Shown: positions 12,126-25,641, counted from the stretch's first letter. The stretch: 64,000 bases of DNA from Hyphochytrium catenoides (GCA_900088475.1 FLMG01000600.1:3388-67387), one strand, 5' to 3'. The notes: generated by a model not told the origin, from the letters alone. Numbers and translations are program-made.

Positions 12126-15100
12126 TTATGTTGCCTTCTTCTGATAATTGACCAGGCAGACCTTTGCTGGAGCTCCAGCACTAGCTAGTGTCCTTAGCCA
12201 ATGGATCTGCCTCCAGGAAAGCCGGTCATTCTGTCCCTTGACCTCCACGAACATAGCCTCCCACTGCAAGGAGGTCACAAGTTCTTCGCACACTCTTACT
12301 TCTAGCTCCACCTTTTTGTGCTGCGATTCCCCTTCATTCCCGACTAAGGGCTTGAGCGTTCTCTCTGCGCAATGTTCCGCGTCCTGAGAGAAGAAAACAG
12401 GCAGAGCGGCCGTTGGGATGCCCTCACAACAGTCGAATTGAATGACTGAAACCCCTTCTTCAAGTGGTGCGCCGTTCTTTACTCGCATCATCAAGAGGTC
12501 AGGCAAACCGGCCGACAAAGTCACGTAGTCCATGGCCATCTCTTTCAGTAGTCGAGCGAGAACTTCACCTCCTAGGCATGCAGCCACACACAGCATCTCC
12601 CGAGGATCTATGCTCTCCCAACCTAGACCGAGGCACCGTTCGCCAAAGTGGCTCCTCATGACACATAATGTCTGTTGCATGAGGGCATAGGGAGACATTC
12701 TAGACAGAAGCTGCACCTTCTCGTCAATGACTCGCCGCCGCTTAAGATAGAATGACATACCGTCGTAGATGTCGAGAGGTGTGTTCTGGAAGGGCGTTTG
12801 AAAAACGTCAGGGACCTCACTAAAAATCTCATCCCAGAGCAGCAACCAAAAGAGATGTCGAAGGTGCCTGCCCTCGCAGTGCAGACCGTACCAGCTCCCC
12901 TCCTTATGGAAGTGCTGGATGACAAGCTTTTCCACTGTGCAGTTTACTGAGTTGTCAAAGCCAGCATAGAGATTTTTTTGTCCCACCTTGGCAGAGATGG
13001 GACGACCTTCAATGCTGATAACTTCCACTCCTAGCCCTGCATGAACCTCAAAACCGTTTTCTGCGGACTCTACAAGACTTGAAGTGCTTCTTCGCGGGAG
13101 AGAGGTGGGAGATATATCGCAATACAGCCCATTACCTTCCCCTTTGTACTCCGGCAAGCTCTGGGAGGAGCTATCAAACGCTTCAAGGTCCCGCGGTCTG
13201 CTCGAGCTCAGGAGCTTCCATATGAATTTGCCTAGAGGGGTCAGCTCTGGATTGGTCTCATTATTCTTTTTGTGAAGACGCTGGTACCGACACCAGAGCT
13301 CGGCTCGGGAGCACTGCGGAAGGGAGAGGTCCTGGATTGCAAGGAGACAGATATCCCTGCTCTCGGCTGACAGCTTCAGGTGTTGAAGATTCACGGAGAG
13401 GCGAATATAGTGGTCGCCTCGAGCCTCTCCAGAATGGTATGGTCCCATCAGTAGAGAAACTATTAAGCATACCGCTTGCACGTACTCCCGCTTGCGCTCT
13501 AGGTAAGGTAGAGCATCTTTGAGGACCGCAGCAATCTGGTAAGCCGCGCTGAAGCGATCAAAGAAGCTACTGACACCAGGTGAAGAAACGTTTTCTGAGC
13601 TGCCCATTTGGATGGCTAGATCGCGCAGCTCTCTAGGGCGAGCACTTGAAGCTTCAAAGAAAGTATACAGATGGTAAAGACGCGATGCTTCTTGAACAGC
13701 GCCAAGGAGGTCATCTTCGTCCACTGCCTCCCCGTCGTTCGGCAACGCAGGCAGGCTGCCAAACCCCTTGACGACATCACTGAATTCCCATATCTGGAGT
13801 CCGTCCTGTAACGATTTATGAATCAGAGCCGCCATTAGCTGTAGTGTTGGGTGCAGGGAACGCTTCGCCGGCGTGGGTGTATGCCATTCATCTATCAGAG
13901 ACATGATCTCTGTAGCAGGGTCCGCTGTTGCCTCAGTGCAACTATTTTCTCTTTTACACGCTCTCGTCGTCGTGTTCTTCGTCGCCAAGATGATCCTCTC
14001 TTCCACAGCAGCCGAAAACTGGCTCCTGAGTTCAATGGCCAGCTCGTAGCAGACGAAATGAACTCGGGAAGGGAAAATAGCGGTCGACTGTTGGCAAGTG
14101 TACTGCGGATACCTTTTGTACGAAGAAGTTAACCGGTGGTCGAGAATCCACTGAGTTAAAAGTGTACGTACCTAAGCTTGCCAAAGGCGCTGAGGAGTCC
14201 GGGCCAAAAGGGAGCGCCACCGTGGGAATGAGCACAATAAAGAAGAGATGTAGCCTCCACCTGACCATCACCTATCTTGGAGGCTCCTGAGGCCTCTCCT
14301 GCAGTTGCTGTGGGACTTTGACTCATCAAGAGATTGGAGGAGGACAAATAAAATAGTCTGAATATTCGCTTGAACAGTAAAGCAGGGCCATCCGTCAGCC
14401 GCACCATCAGTAGCTGATCTTCCACATCAAACTCTTCCTTTTGGGATGACGCCTTCCGCAACATTGTTTTGATGCGGAAGGCCAGTGGCAGGCATCTGCC
14501 ATTAATCTGCCGCTGCTGAAGGCACAGGGTCTTCAGTGTTTCTAGGCAATCACCCTTTGTATTCACACTTGACTTTGAGCTGCTGGTCCTTGGTCTGAAG
14601 TGGCCAAGCAAAGTCTGCAGTTCCTTATGCTGCAGCTGCTCAAGCACCTCAAAGAGATCTGAGAAAGAGGCTTTAGAATATGGAGGGCCAGCGGGCTCAT
14701 TTAACCCCCGCAAAAATCCACCGTCGACCAAAATCTGCAATACTTTCGCCAAGTCGCCAAGGCTGCAGGTATCCTGCAAATAACTTCCTCAGAGAGCAGC
14801 GGCGCGCATAAGGTTAGCCAACACTGTGTAGTCATCTCTAAAGGCAGAGGATCTCACTTTCTTAGCTCAAGGCTTCGGAACCATGGGCCCTTCCGCTGAA
14901 GTAAGCGGGCATATACAGACCTGACGTCCTCCAAGTACGACAGGAGACGCTGAACGTTGTCCTGCTCTTCTGAGGTGAACAGCAATCTATAGTCATCTCT
15001 GAACAAAACTCGCTCCAGCACTAGAGTCAAATGTTTCGCATAAGCGCAGGTTCTTTTACTCCCTGCCTGCTCTTCCCGGAATGAACGGAATGGTAATTGT

Positions 15101-15513
15101 CCGTCGCCAGGCAAGGGCTCCTCAGCTCCTGAGTCTTCCGAGCTGCATAAGTCTATGGTGTCTCCTGAATGGTGAAGTCGACATGACTCCTGTCCTCCGG
15201 GTTCACTCTGTCGCAAATCGGATTGCCCCCGGTCCCTTCGCTCCTGCGGTCCCTTTTTTGAAGGGTGAAGATGCTTCGTCAAAGCCGACTCATGTGTCTG
15301 CAACCGCCGCTTGAGCTTCAGCTTTGAGGACCTAGTGGGGACTGACGGGTTCACAATCACATCTGCCTGCCATGGACTAGTGATCAGACAAACCACTGTT
15401 GATTCTTTTGGTTTCGCCTGATCCGCAGTACTCTCGCTCATCTGTATAGAGATGATAATTGGGATAGTACCTGGGGCATTTGTCTGCGGCACATCCCTGG
15501 CTGTCTGCGGCAC
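12126..15513 (-). CDS. FAN1: Fanconi-associated nuclease 1 (VRR-NUC domain); at least 3 exons, start uncertain
   Basis: Motifs YARLLQRKGPWFR, spliced LRYPQYTC..IFPSR..YE, RGDHYIRLSVNLQHL, TVEKLVIQHF..WYGLHCEG..LFWLLLWDEIF..VPDVFQTPFQNTPLD, GLPDLLM and VEVKGQNDRLSWRQIHWL (PD-(D/E)xK VRR-NUC active site). Confidence 0.93.
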
Positions 15514-15529
15514 ATCCCTGGCTGTCTGC
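15481..15529. repeat. 21-bp tandem duplication (tgtctgcggcacatccctggc x ~2.3)
   Basis: Directly visible. It encodes QTARDVP QTARDVP if in frame with the FAN1 N-terminus. Confidence 0.8.
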
Positions 15530-16399
15530 TAAAGAAGATGTCTTTATAAAGCAAGCTTCAATAAGAGGAGGCTACTCGTACTGGACAAAGGAAATGAAGA
15601 TGCGAACTGGATCTTAGACCCAGTACAGTGTACCAGCTGAAGGAGGCAGCAGAGTGAATGTCATTAGGAGATAGAGCTCGGCGTTAGCAGCCACTCTAGA
15701 CTGGCATTGACAGCTACTGCAATCTCCTTTTTTAGGAAAAAGGTCAAACCAAGAGCTCGGATAGAACTAAAGGTTCTATCGCTACGGCACAAACTGGCGG
15801 ATGACATGAGCACTTTTATGCTGACCGCTGCAGGATTGAGGCTCTGCTCATACGTCAAGCTGCGCCTTTTATAGAACGGTGCGGTGAGAGGAGGGGTCAA
15901 AGTGAAGAGGGGTTAACGTGAAGAGTCCTGAGTTGAAGAGTCCTGATGTTGTGCTGCAGTTCTTTATTCGTTAGCGGCGCGCTTGCTTCGTAACTTCGCC
16001 ACTGTGTATGGCCGGTCTCCCTACCCTTGCGTTAGCTCACCGCTGATGTGCCACCAGTTTTTAGCTCACCATCATCTCTTCCTGGGTTTAAGAACGTGGT
16101 CCTTTATGTTGTGGTTAGATATCAATAGGCGATCGTAGAAAGCATCATCATGCCCTAGTTAGACAACAGAGAGAGAAGAAGCGATACATGGAGAGACGCG
16201 AGATCAGTTATGGACGACAGCTGGGTCTGCCGTACCATAGAGAGCCTAGCCTACCCACATGATGACCAACACCAGTACTACTGCCGCCATTGGGGAATAA
16301 AGGGGCGGCCTCACTGGAAGCCACAGCCACGCCACCATACAATCATGAAAGAAATGAGAAATTGAAAGAGGCTCCAGGGCTGTCAAAGTTCTGGTGCCT

Positions 16400-17240
16400 A
16401 TTGTCCCAGCTCTTGTCACGATATAAGCGAGTGACCAAGTAGACGAGACGACCAGCCTCAGTACAGCAAGACTCTCGATGCCAACGCGACACCTAATGAA
16501 CAGGTTCTATTATTGGGGAAGGTAGTTGGAAAGAATAGGGCCCTACAACGCAGGAAGCTATCATCTGGTCAAACTATCATCTCGTTAGCAGACACCACGA
16601 CCCAATGACGCTTTGGCAGCTGGACTGAATCTGAGCCGTCCACTCTTTTCTTGACGTGAGCCTTGAAGTCAACTGTGCTGATTGGCCTGCAACGAACCTC
16701 GCTTGTGATTGCCTTCTTATGGCAATCTACCAACGTTCAAAGCTTCTGATTCCTACCCATGTTCATAATCACTGGCTTGAGGGCTTACAACTTGCGTTTT
16801 CCGCTGTACCCTCTTCTCAGCGCAAGCTATTCTCACTCTCTCGTGGCAAGTGGTGTAAAGGACAAAGAGGCTGCGCAATGAAGAGCAAACCGCTTCGTCC
16901 CTTCGAGGCTACCTTGCAGGAGCTCGCAACAGTAACAACTCTGAGAGCCAGCCCAGAGGAGGCTTCCTCTTTAGGCGTCGCTCCCTTCCGAGAATAGAGT
17001 TAGCCAGTCAACCTGGCTAAGCCATCACGTTAAAATTTGAGTGAGGTTTGCCATCATGAAACCTTGTGAGCCGGAGTTACCAAGGAGTGAAAGATCCCTG
17101 ACAACCTTATAGCAGCAACCATTCTGGAGGCTTGACAGGCGATGGTTAAGTACTCCTTCCTACACATAGACAGTGGCTAATAATGACACGGGAGCTGAGA
17201 ATGTTTGGAGGGATGAAAGGACTCTTCGAGTTAGGTTTAT
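16400..17240 (+). mobile_element. Possible decayed Ty3/gypsy pol remnant (integrase zinc-binding and chromodomain-like fragments)
   Basis: Broken frames give SKTL...HLMNRFYYWGR*LERIGPY (compare KT...L..RFYW..M...I..Y) and, ~700 nt downstream, AENVWRDERTLRVRF (compare chromodomain xxTWExExxL). Many stops. Confidence 0.25.
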
Positions 17241-17490
17241 TTATAATAATAAGATGACAGTAACAAAAGGTGGAAAGTAACACTTAGAAAATACAGTCAG
17301 TTGAAGGGCTGTGGCAGTACCCTCGTCGTTGATCTAGAGCCAAGTAGACCGTTCGGCATTTACAAGGCGTACGACACCAGGACTACTCGGCAGACCATTC
17401 ATCAAAGCTTGGTCGCCTTGGTCCATGATGGGATGAGACCTTTTCCGCAGTCCGGCCCATATTATGGGCTAGTCATAGACGTAGGCCCTT

Positions 17491-17760
17491 CTAATGAGTA
17501 GTGGTTGCTTGGCAATGGCTTGTTGAAGCTTGGCCCGTCTGCCATGCCTCTAGTAGGTACTCTCCAGTGAGCATTTTCAGTAAAACTCTAAAGATCCCTT
17601 GAGATTTCTTTGATTTCTTCTTCTGGACGTCCTTGCCAGTAGTGTCAGATGCTTTGGAATGTAGCGCTATCGTTGAAGATTCTTCTTGGAGGTACTGATA
17701 GTAACCTACGGCGGCTACGATGAGGGAAATGAACAGCAGAATGTAGCGCAAGGGGCACAT
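17491..17760 (-). CDS. Small single-pass membrane protein of the 'MCPLR' type (uncharacterised eukaryotic family)
   Basis: MCPLRYILLFISLIVAAVGYY (N-terminal TM helix), a Lys-rich linker and LKMLTGEYLL. This recalls the MCPLRxIL...DMxSGxYLW pattern of a small conserved plant/algal family. 89 aa, intronless. Confidence 0.65.
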   Translation of the reverse strand: MCPLRYILLFISLIVAAVGYYQYLQEESSTIALHSKASDTTGKDVQKKKSKKSQGIFRVLLKMLTGEYLLEAWQTGQASTSHCQATTTH

Positions 17761-19246
17761 GATTCTGGACGCGCCGCTGGGTACCGAGTTGTAGATGGCC
17801 CTATCAGTTCTGCACAATTTGGCTTCTCGGCGCTATGGCTGGTCGGTCTTTTCGTCGCGATGTAAAGGCTCCAGAGAAAATGCTTGTTTCGGGGCTGGAC
17901 GAGGTTGAGAAAGCTACTTTGTAGAATCAATCGCTTCTGAGAGTGAGAAGCTTTGCTGGAGTGAAGGCCTAGGAGTCGCCACAGAGGTTTGACTGGCAAA
18001 GATGGAAATGATCTGTAAACGAAGCTCTCGCCCTGGCTTGCACCTTCACATCATGAGCTGTCAGCACAGACAAGCTGACAACAAGCTGCAGACTGAGCTG
18101 GAAGTGGAGCTTTCACTAATAATCTTTCCCCAGTTCCAAGGAACCCGACAGTTCTGTTGCGTCGTATGTCACCACAGCCTCGCTGTTTATTGTGTGTCCT
18201 CTATCGTTCTATGCGTTGTACAAACTGCATGACTGGCCAACTGGAAGTGGGACTTGACAGCTTTGTCTGCATAATGTGCACCAAAGTACGGTCCGACGTA
18301 CGAACACCAAAGCCAAGCCTTACCCTTGCTAGTTATGCTAGTGGACGGTCTACTACGCACACGATGGATGCAGACAAGAACCAAGGACTCTTATTCCTTG
18401 GCCAGGATGGATGGGTCTTTCATTCCTTCCCGTGATTTATCGTTCTCTATCCCACACGTCTGTTGGTGTCATTATTCTTGTGTGCTCTGAGAGATGAGGT
18501 GAGGGAGGAGAGAGGCCAAGGCAGGCTCTGGCGGTAGAACAACTTGGACCCAGTCAAGCCAATCAGCACCTAGAACTGAAACTGCAAATGTAAGGCAGGA
18601 GGTAAAGGCTTTGTTCGTCATAAGTAACTAAAAATAAGGCGTAGGTTCGTACTCGCTGTACAAACTTGTACCTCTTATTTGTACTTGTAGAGAGAGGGAG
18701 TGGTCAGATGAGGGCCAAAGAACGGAAACTTTATCTTTTTACTGGACCTCCTTATGCTCTCTCTTATTGTAGAGACTGCATGCTGTGAGGAAGGATGCGA
18801 GGGTCACACACATGAGCTACAACGTAGCACGCTGCTCTCAATCCGCTTTAGCCGTTATAGATTTTTTAGTCGTAGACTAGGAGGCTCTCGGCGTGAGGAA
18901 GTATTTGGTTTTGCATCCTCTGCACCCACCATCATCCATAGAGAGAGCTGGTTTCCGACTACCTGCTAGCGCATTCTACTGTGACCATCAACCACACCTA
19001 AAGCTATCTAAAGAGGCTCCTAACCCTATTACCTGACTTTCTGATCCAAGCACTATTACGGACATCTCCGCCCGCTGATTATGTAGACGAATTGCATCAG
19101 GCGACAATGAGGTACCAAGAGGAAGCTAGCAACGCCAATAGCAGGACGAATATCTACTAATAATAATGTTTGATTTGCGTAGCATTAACTCTCCGCCCAC
19201 CCTGGCACAATAACAAAGCAGCAGCCAAAAGTCACAGGAGGCGTGC

Positions 19247-20345
19247 CTATCCAGGGGGAAGATGAGCATCATCAATGTCGTTGTCTTCCATTATCGTTTT
19301 GGTAGCGCCTTCCATTGACTGCTCCCCACGCTTGATGTTCCCCGCGCTTTTGCTATAGGGTGAGATGGATGATGGTTGGTTACTCAATACCATCTAAAAG
19401 ACGTCAAGACACACCCACCTCTTTGCCATAGCAATCACACCGCTTCTGTGGATCTCTATGATCCCGTAGGGTTTCAAGAGGTCAATTAGTGACTCTATTC
19501 GCTCTGGTACACCAGCCAGTTGCACCATCATCTGCCAGGCCTCCGAGTGAGCCAACATTCCCGTAAGCAATGTATTCCGTTTCCTTCCTCACCTGCTCGG
19601 GTCGAACGTTGATGATCTTAGCTTCAAAGAGGTTCGCCAGCTCTATAATTTCTGCTCTTGCATTTGGTGCTTTTCCATGGCGCACGGTATGAGACTTAGA
19701 ACCACCAGATTTTGTAGCATTTTGTACAGTACCTGCCGTTGAAACCTTCGCCAACATCAAGTCCCTCTCCACAAAGCTATCTCTGGAACCATCTGGATCC
19801 GTAAGAATGTTTACCACAGCTACGTGAACCACATCTTCAAGCTGCTTCTTCATCTACACCGTACATTGGTCAGCCATGCTGGTCCAGTATGCTGAGATGC
19901 CTGTTCTAATTCACGCATACCTGTTCGACCCGATCATTTGTCCCATGCATAACCACAGTCATTCGAGATAACTCTGGTACCTCCGTCTGTCCGACAACTA
20001 GGCTGTCAATGTTATAGCCTTGGGGCGTGGCAACCAATTAGACAACCGTTTGCTGTGATTGCAAGCTGGACACTTACCTCTAGCGGCAAAGAGGTTGGCT
20101 ATCTGGGCCAAGCAACCTGGCTGATTAACGACCAACGCAGCTATAATATGCCTTCTTACTCGGTTTGAGTCATCCCTGTAGTACCTGCGACTACCTAAAC
20201 CTGCGGTGATGGGTTGCAACGGGAATTTTGAAGGTTCGTTCAATCTTGCTTTGACCCCTGAGCCAAGCTGGCGAGCTCCCTTCGGAAGGGAGCTTCTCAG
20301 CCCCAGCGCGCCAAAGCGCAAAGCGGTCTTCCACCCAGACGCCAT
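19247..20345 (-). CDS. ILV6: Acetolactate synthase small (regulatory) subunit, ILV6/ilvH-type, with N-terminal transit peptide; ~5 exons
   Basis: RHIIAALVVNQPGCLAQIANLFAARG|YNIDSLVVGQTEVPELSRMTVV (ACT domain), MKKQLEDVVHV, FVERDLMLAKVS, ELANLFEAKIINV, LLKPYGIIEIHRSGVIAM and a C-terminal DDAHLPPG*. Confidence 0.93.
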
Positions 20346-21242
20346 CTTGGAGACTGAGATTGATCAATCTTTAGCTTCTGATCTTCTCATGCTTGCAAAA
20401 CCTTTGAGGGCCGACTCATAGTGGAGAAGGGTGAAGGTCAACAACTCGCAGCCGCTAGAAATTCTTGAACTTGCGGAGGAGCTTCAACCGTGACAGTGAT
20501 AATAAGGCCCTTTAGTTCTATTCTCCAAAACCCTGAATGGTGAAGAGATGCTGGTATCAGTATCAGGGTTTCAAGATCAGATCCGCCCGGAATCCAGTAA
20601 CCAGCGGCAATATAGCCGTTAGCGGCCAGGTCCAGGTAACGGGTAAGTAGATTCAAACCTTGTACTCGTACAGAGAGTCCTTGTGTTCTTGTCTTCTCGC
20701 TTGTCATGAATTATGAAGCTGGCCGAACGTGTGATGAGGGGAAACAGAGGCGGATGGCAGATCATCGGTAACCTTTAGATGACGGCGAGGCCTGACCTAT
20801 GATCCTCCAGGGAGAACTACTCTATTTTCTTTCAGACTTCTGTCTGGGAAACTCTTTCTTTCCAGCAGAGCATCAACATACCTTGTCTGACAAAAGCTGT
20901 CTGGAAGAGGGCACGGCATTACTGCCAGTTTCCCATTGCGTCACTTGGATAATATAGCTGGACTCCTCACTTCGCGCTCGTCAGTTGGCAAGTTGGAGTT
21001 CCAATCTTTATAGGCCATTTGTATACTTTCTCCTTACGGCCGAAGCCCGGCCAGATGACACTATAGTTCCATACCTACACGACCATTTGCGCCAATATTC
21101 TAGACAACCACCTTACGGTCATCCATAGCCGGAAGACGTGATTGCATGCCGCATGAGCGTATATCGCCTCGTAGAGAGTTGCCAAACGTCGCAGTAGGTC
21201 TCTTACGGAAGCGTGTGAAAATCATCATACATCCTTAGCGCT

Positions 21243-23343
21243 ATGGAGCCAGATCACTCCTTAGAGTTCTACAAAGCGTAAGTGAGATATATGTCTTTTT
21301 ACCGGTTCCTTTTGATAAAACACTAAGCGCGTCTTTCCACCTTCTAGGGAGAATGAACGCCTCCGCCTCGAAGGACAGGCCTTGCATGAAGCTTATGAAA
21401 GAAAAGTGCTACGCTTGCAGGCGACCAAAACTCACATGAACGAACTGATGGAAAGTAATAAGGCAGCTGAGGAGGAAATAAATCAGCTAAAACGAGAGGT
21501 GGAGGGGTTGAAGGAGGTAGGCCCGGACATCTCTTTTAGGTTCCAAAGTAACTGAGGCTGATCAGCTCTTAACAGGAAAGACAACGAGGCAATGGCAAGA
21601 TGGTAATATCATGGATATCCAGTCACCTCGCCCTACGACTAATTGTTCCTTTTGCAGATAACGGAAGAAAAAATGAATTATTCTCCTGAACCATCGAGGT
21701 GAGAAACATGTTCCCATTCGCTACAGCCTTGATACTGACACTATCTTAAATCAACTTGTAGCAGTGGCAGCAGCAATGTGTTGGTAATACCTTATCGCGG
21801 ACTTTCCATGAGGGGGCGTCTGACCAAGTTCTCCGTCTAGACTTCCGTCCTTGAGCGGCATCAGCTACTGGTGGCAGAGAATGAGGCCAAAGCTGAAGTG
21901 CTCGGCTCTATGCCACACCTCTTGAACGAGATCAGCAAGGTGAAGCAAAGCCTGAAGGAGAAGATCTTGGTCCTGCACAACGGTGCTCAGTTGATGCTGG
22001 AAACCTCTGAATTGCTCGACAGAGAAGCCAGTAATGCACACTCTCAGGCCGTTCAACAACCCTGTGCTGTGTGCAGCGCTAAGGTTAGCTTCATCACGGA
22101 CTTTCTAGCAAGTAACGTTGAGGGATTCTAACCGTGTGAGCTTTTCCCGAATGCAACTGTGTTAGGGCCTCGAGTCTGCTTCAGAGCCTTGTGATTCAAA
22201 TGGGACCGATGGTCCTGGTTTTACACAGGTGCATAATTCGCTTCTTAAGCCCTGCTCACCTCCCTATCTGTCTAAGGCCAGATCTGCAGTCAGATTTGCT
22301 AGCGGAGATAGACCATTTGAAGGCCCTTGTGGAGAGGCAGGCAAAAGATCTGAAGGAGCTCACGGAGTTCGCCAAGCTGGAGCTGGATGCGACAAAGGAG
22401 TACAACCAGGAACTAGAGGTCAGATATACTTCGGAGTCAATAGCCGACAAAAGCCACGGCCCTGACCATTCTCTAGCTATCGCTGGTAGAGGCGAAGCAG
22501 AAGCTCACTGATTCTCAGTCAGAAGTCACAAAGCTCAAGGAGTCCGTAGCTCTTTTAGATATTCAGTGGAATGAACTTAAGGCTGTACACGGTCAAGCCG
22601 AAGCCACTTGGCGGGAGCAGAAGGTGCGTCTGAGCCATGAGCTAGACGAAACCAGAAGGGAGGTTGTGTTCTACAAGGTAAGAGGGTACTCGCTCTTATG
22701 CTTACGTAAGATATTAATCCCAAGTCAGGAGGATGCCGCGACAAAAGAGACTATCATTCGATCTATGTTCGTGGAACAGGCAAGTTAATTGTCTCATTAT
22801 GTCACGGGTTTGGAGTTCCTCTGTCTAATAGGAAATGGGCAGAGACATCTACGAGAGATTAGACAGATGATGGAGGAAGACCTTATGGAGCGCGAGCGCC
22901 GATGGTCTTCCCGAGAACTGCAGGACGCAGCACTTCAGGGGGATAATTTCGATGCTATCCGGCACCACTTCCGCACAGTGGTTGCTAAGACAATGCGGTT
23001 TCGTAATTTCCCTCGCGCTAGCACCACAGTAACGCACCAGGTATTTGATCTGATTCCCCCTCTAACCATCGCTGATCACGGTGCAATACAAACTCATATA
23101 CTGCCTTGATTAGGAGGAGCTCCCCCTACTCAATGCCCCGCTCTCGCAGACCGAGATGGAAAAAAACGGACGCCTTGAGTTGGTGGAAACACAATGCCTC
23201 CAGCTCAGACAATTCATCCTCCGAAAAGCAATGGAAGGAGGTGTGCGCCTTTCATCCTGAAGACTCTGATGACCGGTTTAGCCGCTGATCTGCTTCCAAG
23301 AGTTCCTTCTCTTCCTCTGTCAGAAGATCGTGAAGTATCTTAA
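21243..23343 (+). CDS. Hypothetical coiled-coil protein, many short exons
   Basis: Exon chain MEPDHSLEFYKA|ENERLRLEGQALHEAYERKVLRLQ...EEEINQLKREVEGLKE, LLNEISKVKQSLKEKILVL, LLAEIDHLKALVERQAKDLKELTEFAKLELDATKEYNQELE, ending EDREVS* at 23343. GT-AG introns and heptad-rich sequence. Confidence 0.6.
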
Positions 23344-23429
23344 GCCCTCTGTAATTTACTGTGCTTGACATCACGCTTTCGGCCAGTGCCGCAAGCGCTC
23401 TGACCTAGGGAAGTGGTCAATTCAAGTAT

Positions 23430-25126
23430 TTGGAACGTCTCCCTTGCAATTTACCTTTGCTTTTTCCTTCTTTGTTTCGAGAGCCGTTCGTTCTAGAAGA
23501 GACATCTGGGACGCTGCATGTGCTGCATACTTCGATCTGTTTGCCTCAATGGTGGACAGCCAATTATCTCTCTCTTGTTTGTATCTCCGCCTTCTCTAAG
23601 GATGCAAGGGCTTCATTAGGATCTAATTTTATGCAGTGAATGCGAAAGGGTACCTCTTCTATTGACAGTGCAGAGGGAAGTCTTGCGGGGTGCGATGCAA
23701 GGACTTTCTTCATGAACTCATTTGCTCTACGCAGTCTTTCAAGTCTCTCTTCTTCTTTCCTTTTCTCTTCCAGAGCTTTCTGCTGGACAAGTTCCGTTCT
23801 ATCTTCAACTGCCTTCTTCCGCAGTTTTGATGATCTGGTGGATTTGAAAGTGGGAATGCAAGAAGAATTCCGAAGATGGATTGCTGATTCATCTTCGATT
23901 CTCTCACTGGGCTCGACCTTCTTGTCAGCTCTTTTATTGTTCGCGGCCACTTCCCCAACCGTGCGGGGAGTGGCTTTTTGTGGTCGGAGGTTGGAATACA
24001 ACTTAAACTCGGCCACTTCTGTCACGGTTCTCGCCTGGCGCGCAGCGTTGAGCTTGTCCTCAAACTTCTTTTGTTGGTCCCTCATAAACTCCTCATATCT
24101 CCCAATCTCAACGGCCTGCCTCTTTGATGGGGCAGACTTTGGCCGTATAGGGCTCTCCCCTTTACCTCGCGCCTGAGCTGCAGAATCAGAGGAGTGAGAA
24201 GAGGAGCTCTTCTGCTTGTTGTTAGTATCGCTCCCAGCTTTTGCCATTCTGGGGAACAAGCGCGACTCCGCAAGTAGTTTAGCGCTGCGAGCCGCTATGC
24301 GCTCCTGCCTCTTCTTCGCGTTCACCTCTTCTTCTCGTGCCCTGCTCTGGCGTGTAGTTTGTGGGACATCTCTGGCGTGAGGCTTCTTGGCTAGAATAGC
24401 TCTTTCTCTCTCTTCCACTACTTTGTCAATATCCTTCTTCCTTTCTTCGGCGGTCTGCTCCTCATGTTTAAGAAACTCTTGGGAGGGTCCACGACCGTTA
24501 TATATGGCTCTTTTACGACGAAGCTCGCCTTTTATCGCCTCAAGCTCCACTTGACGCTGCTTTTTTTCTCTATCAATGGACAAACACCAGGATCACTTAA
24601 GGGATTCCTCTCTATGGCGTGTGGTTAAAGTGTCAGACTTTACTTACTCTTCAGCCCATTTGCGTCGTTGCATATCCTTAGCTAGCTCGAACAGTTCTTG
24701 GGAACGCGGGATCGGCAAAACGCGAGCGCGGCGATCAGGATCCGTCTCCTCACCGTCTGAGCTGTGCAATGATTCTTTTTCCGAATCACCTTCCTCACGT
24801 TTGTGTTGTTCTCTCTCGTCCTCCTCCTCCTCGCTGTTGCGTTCTCTCTCAAGGCTGCCTCTTCTCCGTCGTCTACGGCCAATGTCAGGGGATGCTGTCT
24901 TCCCTTCCTCGTCATGCTTCGTTCGCAATTCATCAACGACGGCCAGGAGCTCTTCTACCTTGCTCTCAAGATATGACACATACTGCTTTGATGGCGCTGA
25001 TTTACCCATTGGACTCTATGAAGCCAAAAAGGAATATCCTCCAGCAACTACGTACTCCTCTCCCTTTCTCTTCTGAAGCTTCTAAGGAAGAGCTTCAAGC
25101 TGACCATGCGAAGCTTTCTTCCCATG
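23430..25126 (-). CDS. Charged coiled-coil protein, possibly FAM161-like (centriole/cilium); boundaries approximate
   Basis: ORFs 24644-25009 and 23564-24583 are K/E/R-rich and joined by an intron. The segments QQKKFEDKLNAARQARTVTEVAEFKL, PTFKSTRSSKLRKKAVE and SLLER recall FAM161/UPF0564. The family call is tentative. Confidence 0.45.
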
Positions 25127-25641
25127 TCGGTCAGCAGACAGCCCCACCAAACTTGCTGCAGACATTGCGAACTCAGAGAGCCGACTGGAGGTAGTGTTCC
25201 GTATCACTGGACTGGGAGACTTCCAAGCTGTGGCTTCTCCTGCGGTGATGGGTTCTGATCATTCTGTAAGTGGAGGTCACTGTGTCAGGAGGTAGGGCTT
25301 TGGTGAGCGTTAGCGGCTCTTCGTAACCGCTTCATCATTGCTGACCCAACCTGACCGTTAACGCTATTCTTGTCCTTTGGGAGAAAGGGTTCGATCTTCG
25401 AGAGGTCGCTTCGGCGATCGATGAAGTTACAGGAACATAGATTCTATGCCAAATGGTGGAGACAAGAACCCAAAAAGCAAAGACCCAAGGGCCGATGACT
25501 TGGAGGAGCTGGAGGCTTACCTTCTACCCCAGGAAGTGCCAAGAACCCCGGCAGCCATACGCTAATACTCTATCTGGGTGCCCCGAAAAGGCGATCAACA
25601 ATTAAGGCAAAGGCGGCCGATTGCCCGCGAACCTGGGCAAA

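Noticed and set aside
18002-18969. Short Cys-rich ORFs
   Set aside because: No recognisable motif, splice structure or codon pattern. Treated as intergenic.
20438-21100. 89-aa ORF and chromodomain-like words upstream of the ALS subunit
   Set aside because: Similarity is too weak and fragmentary to support a call.
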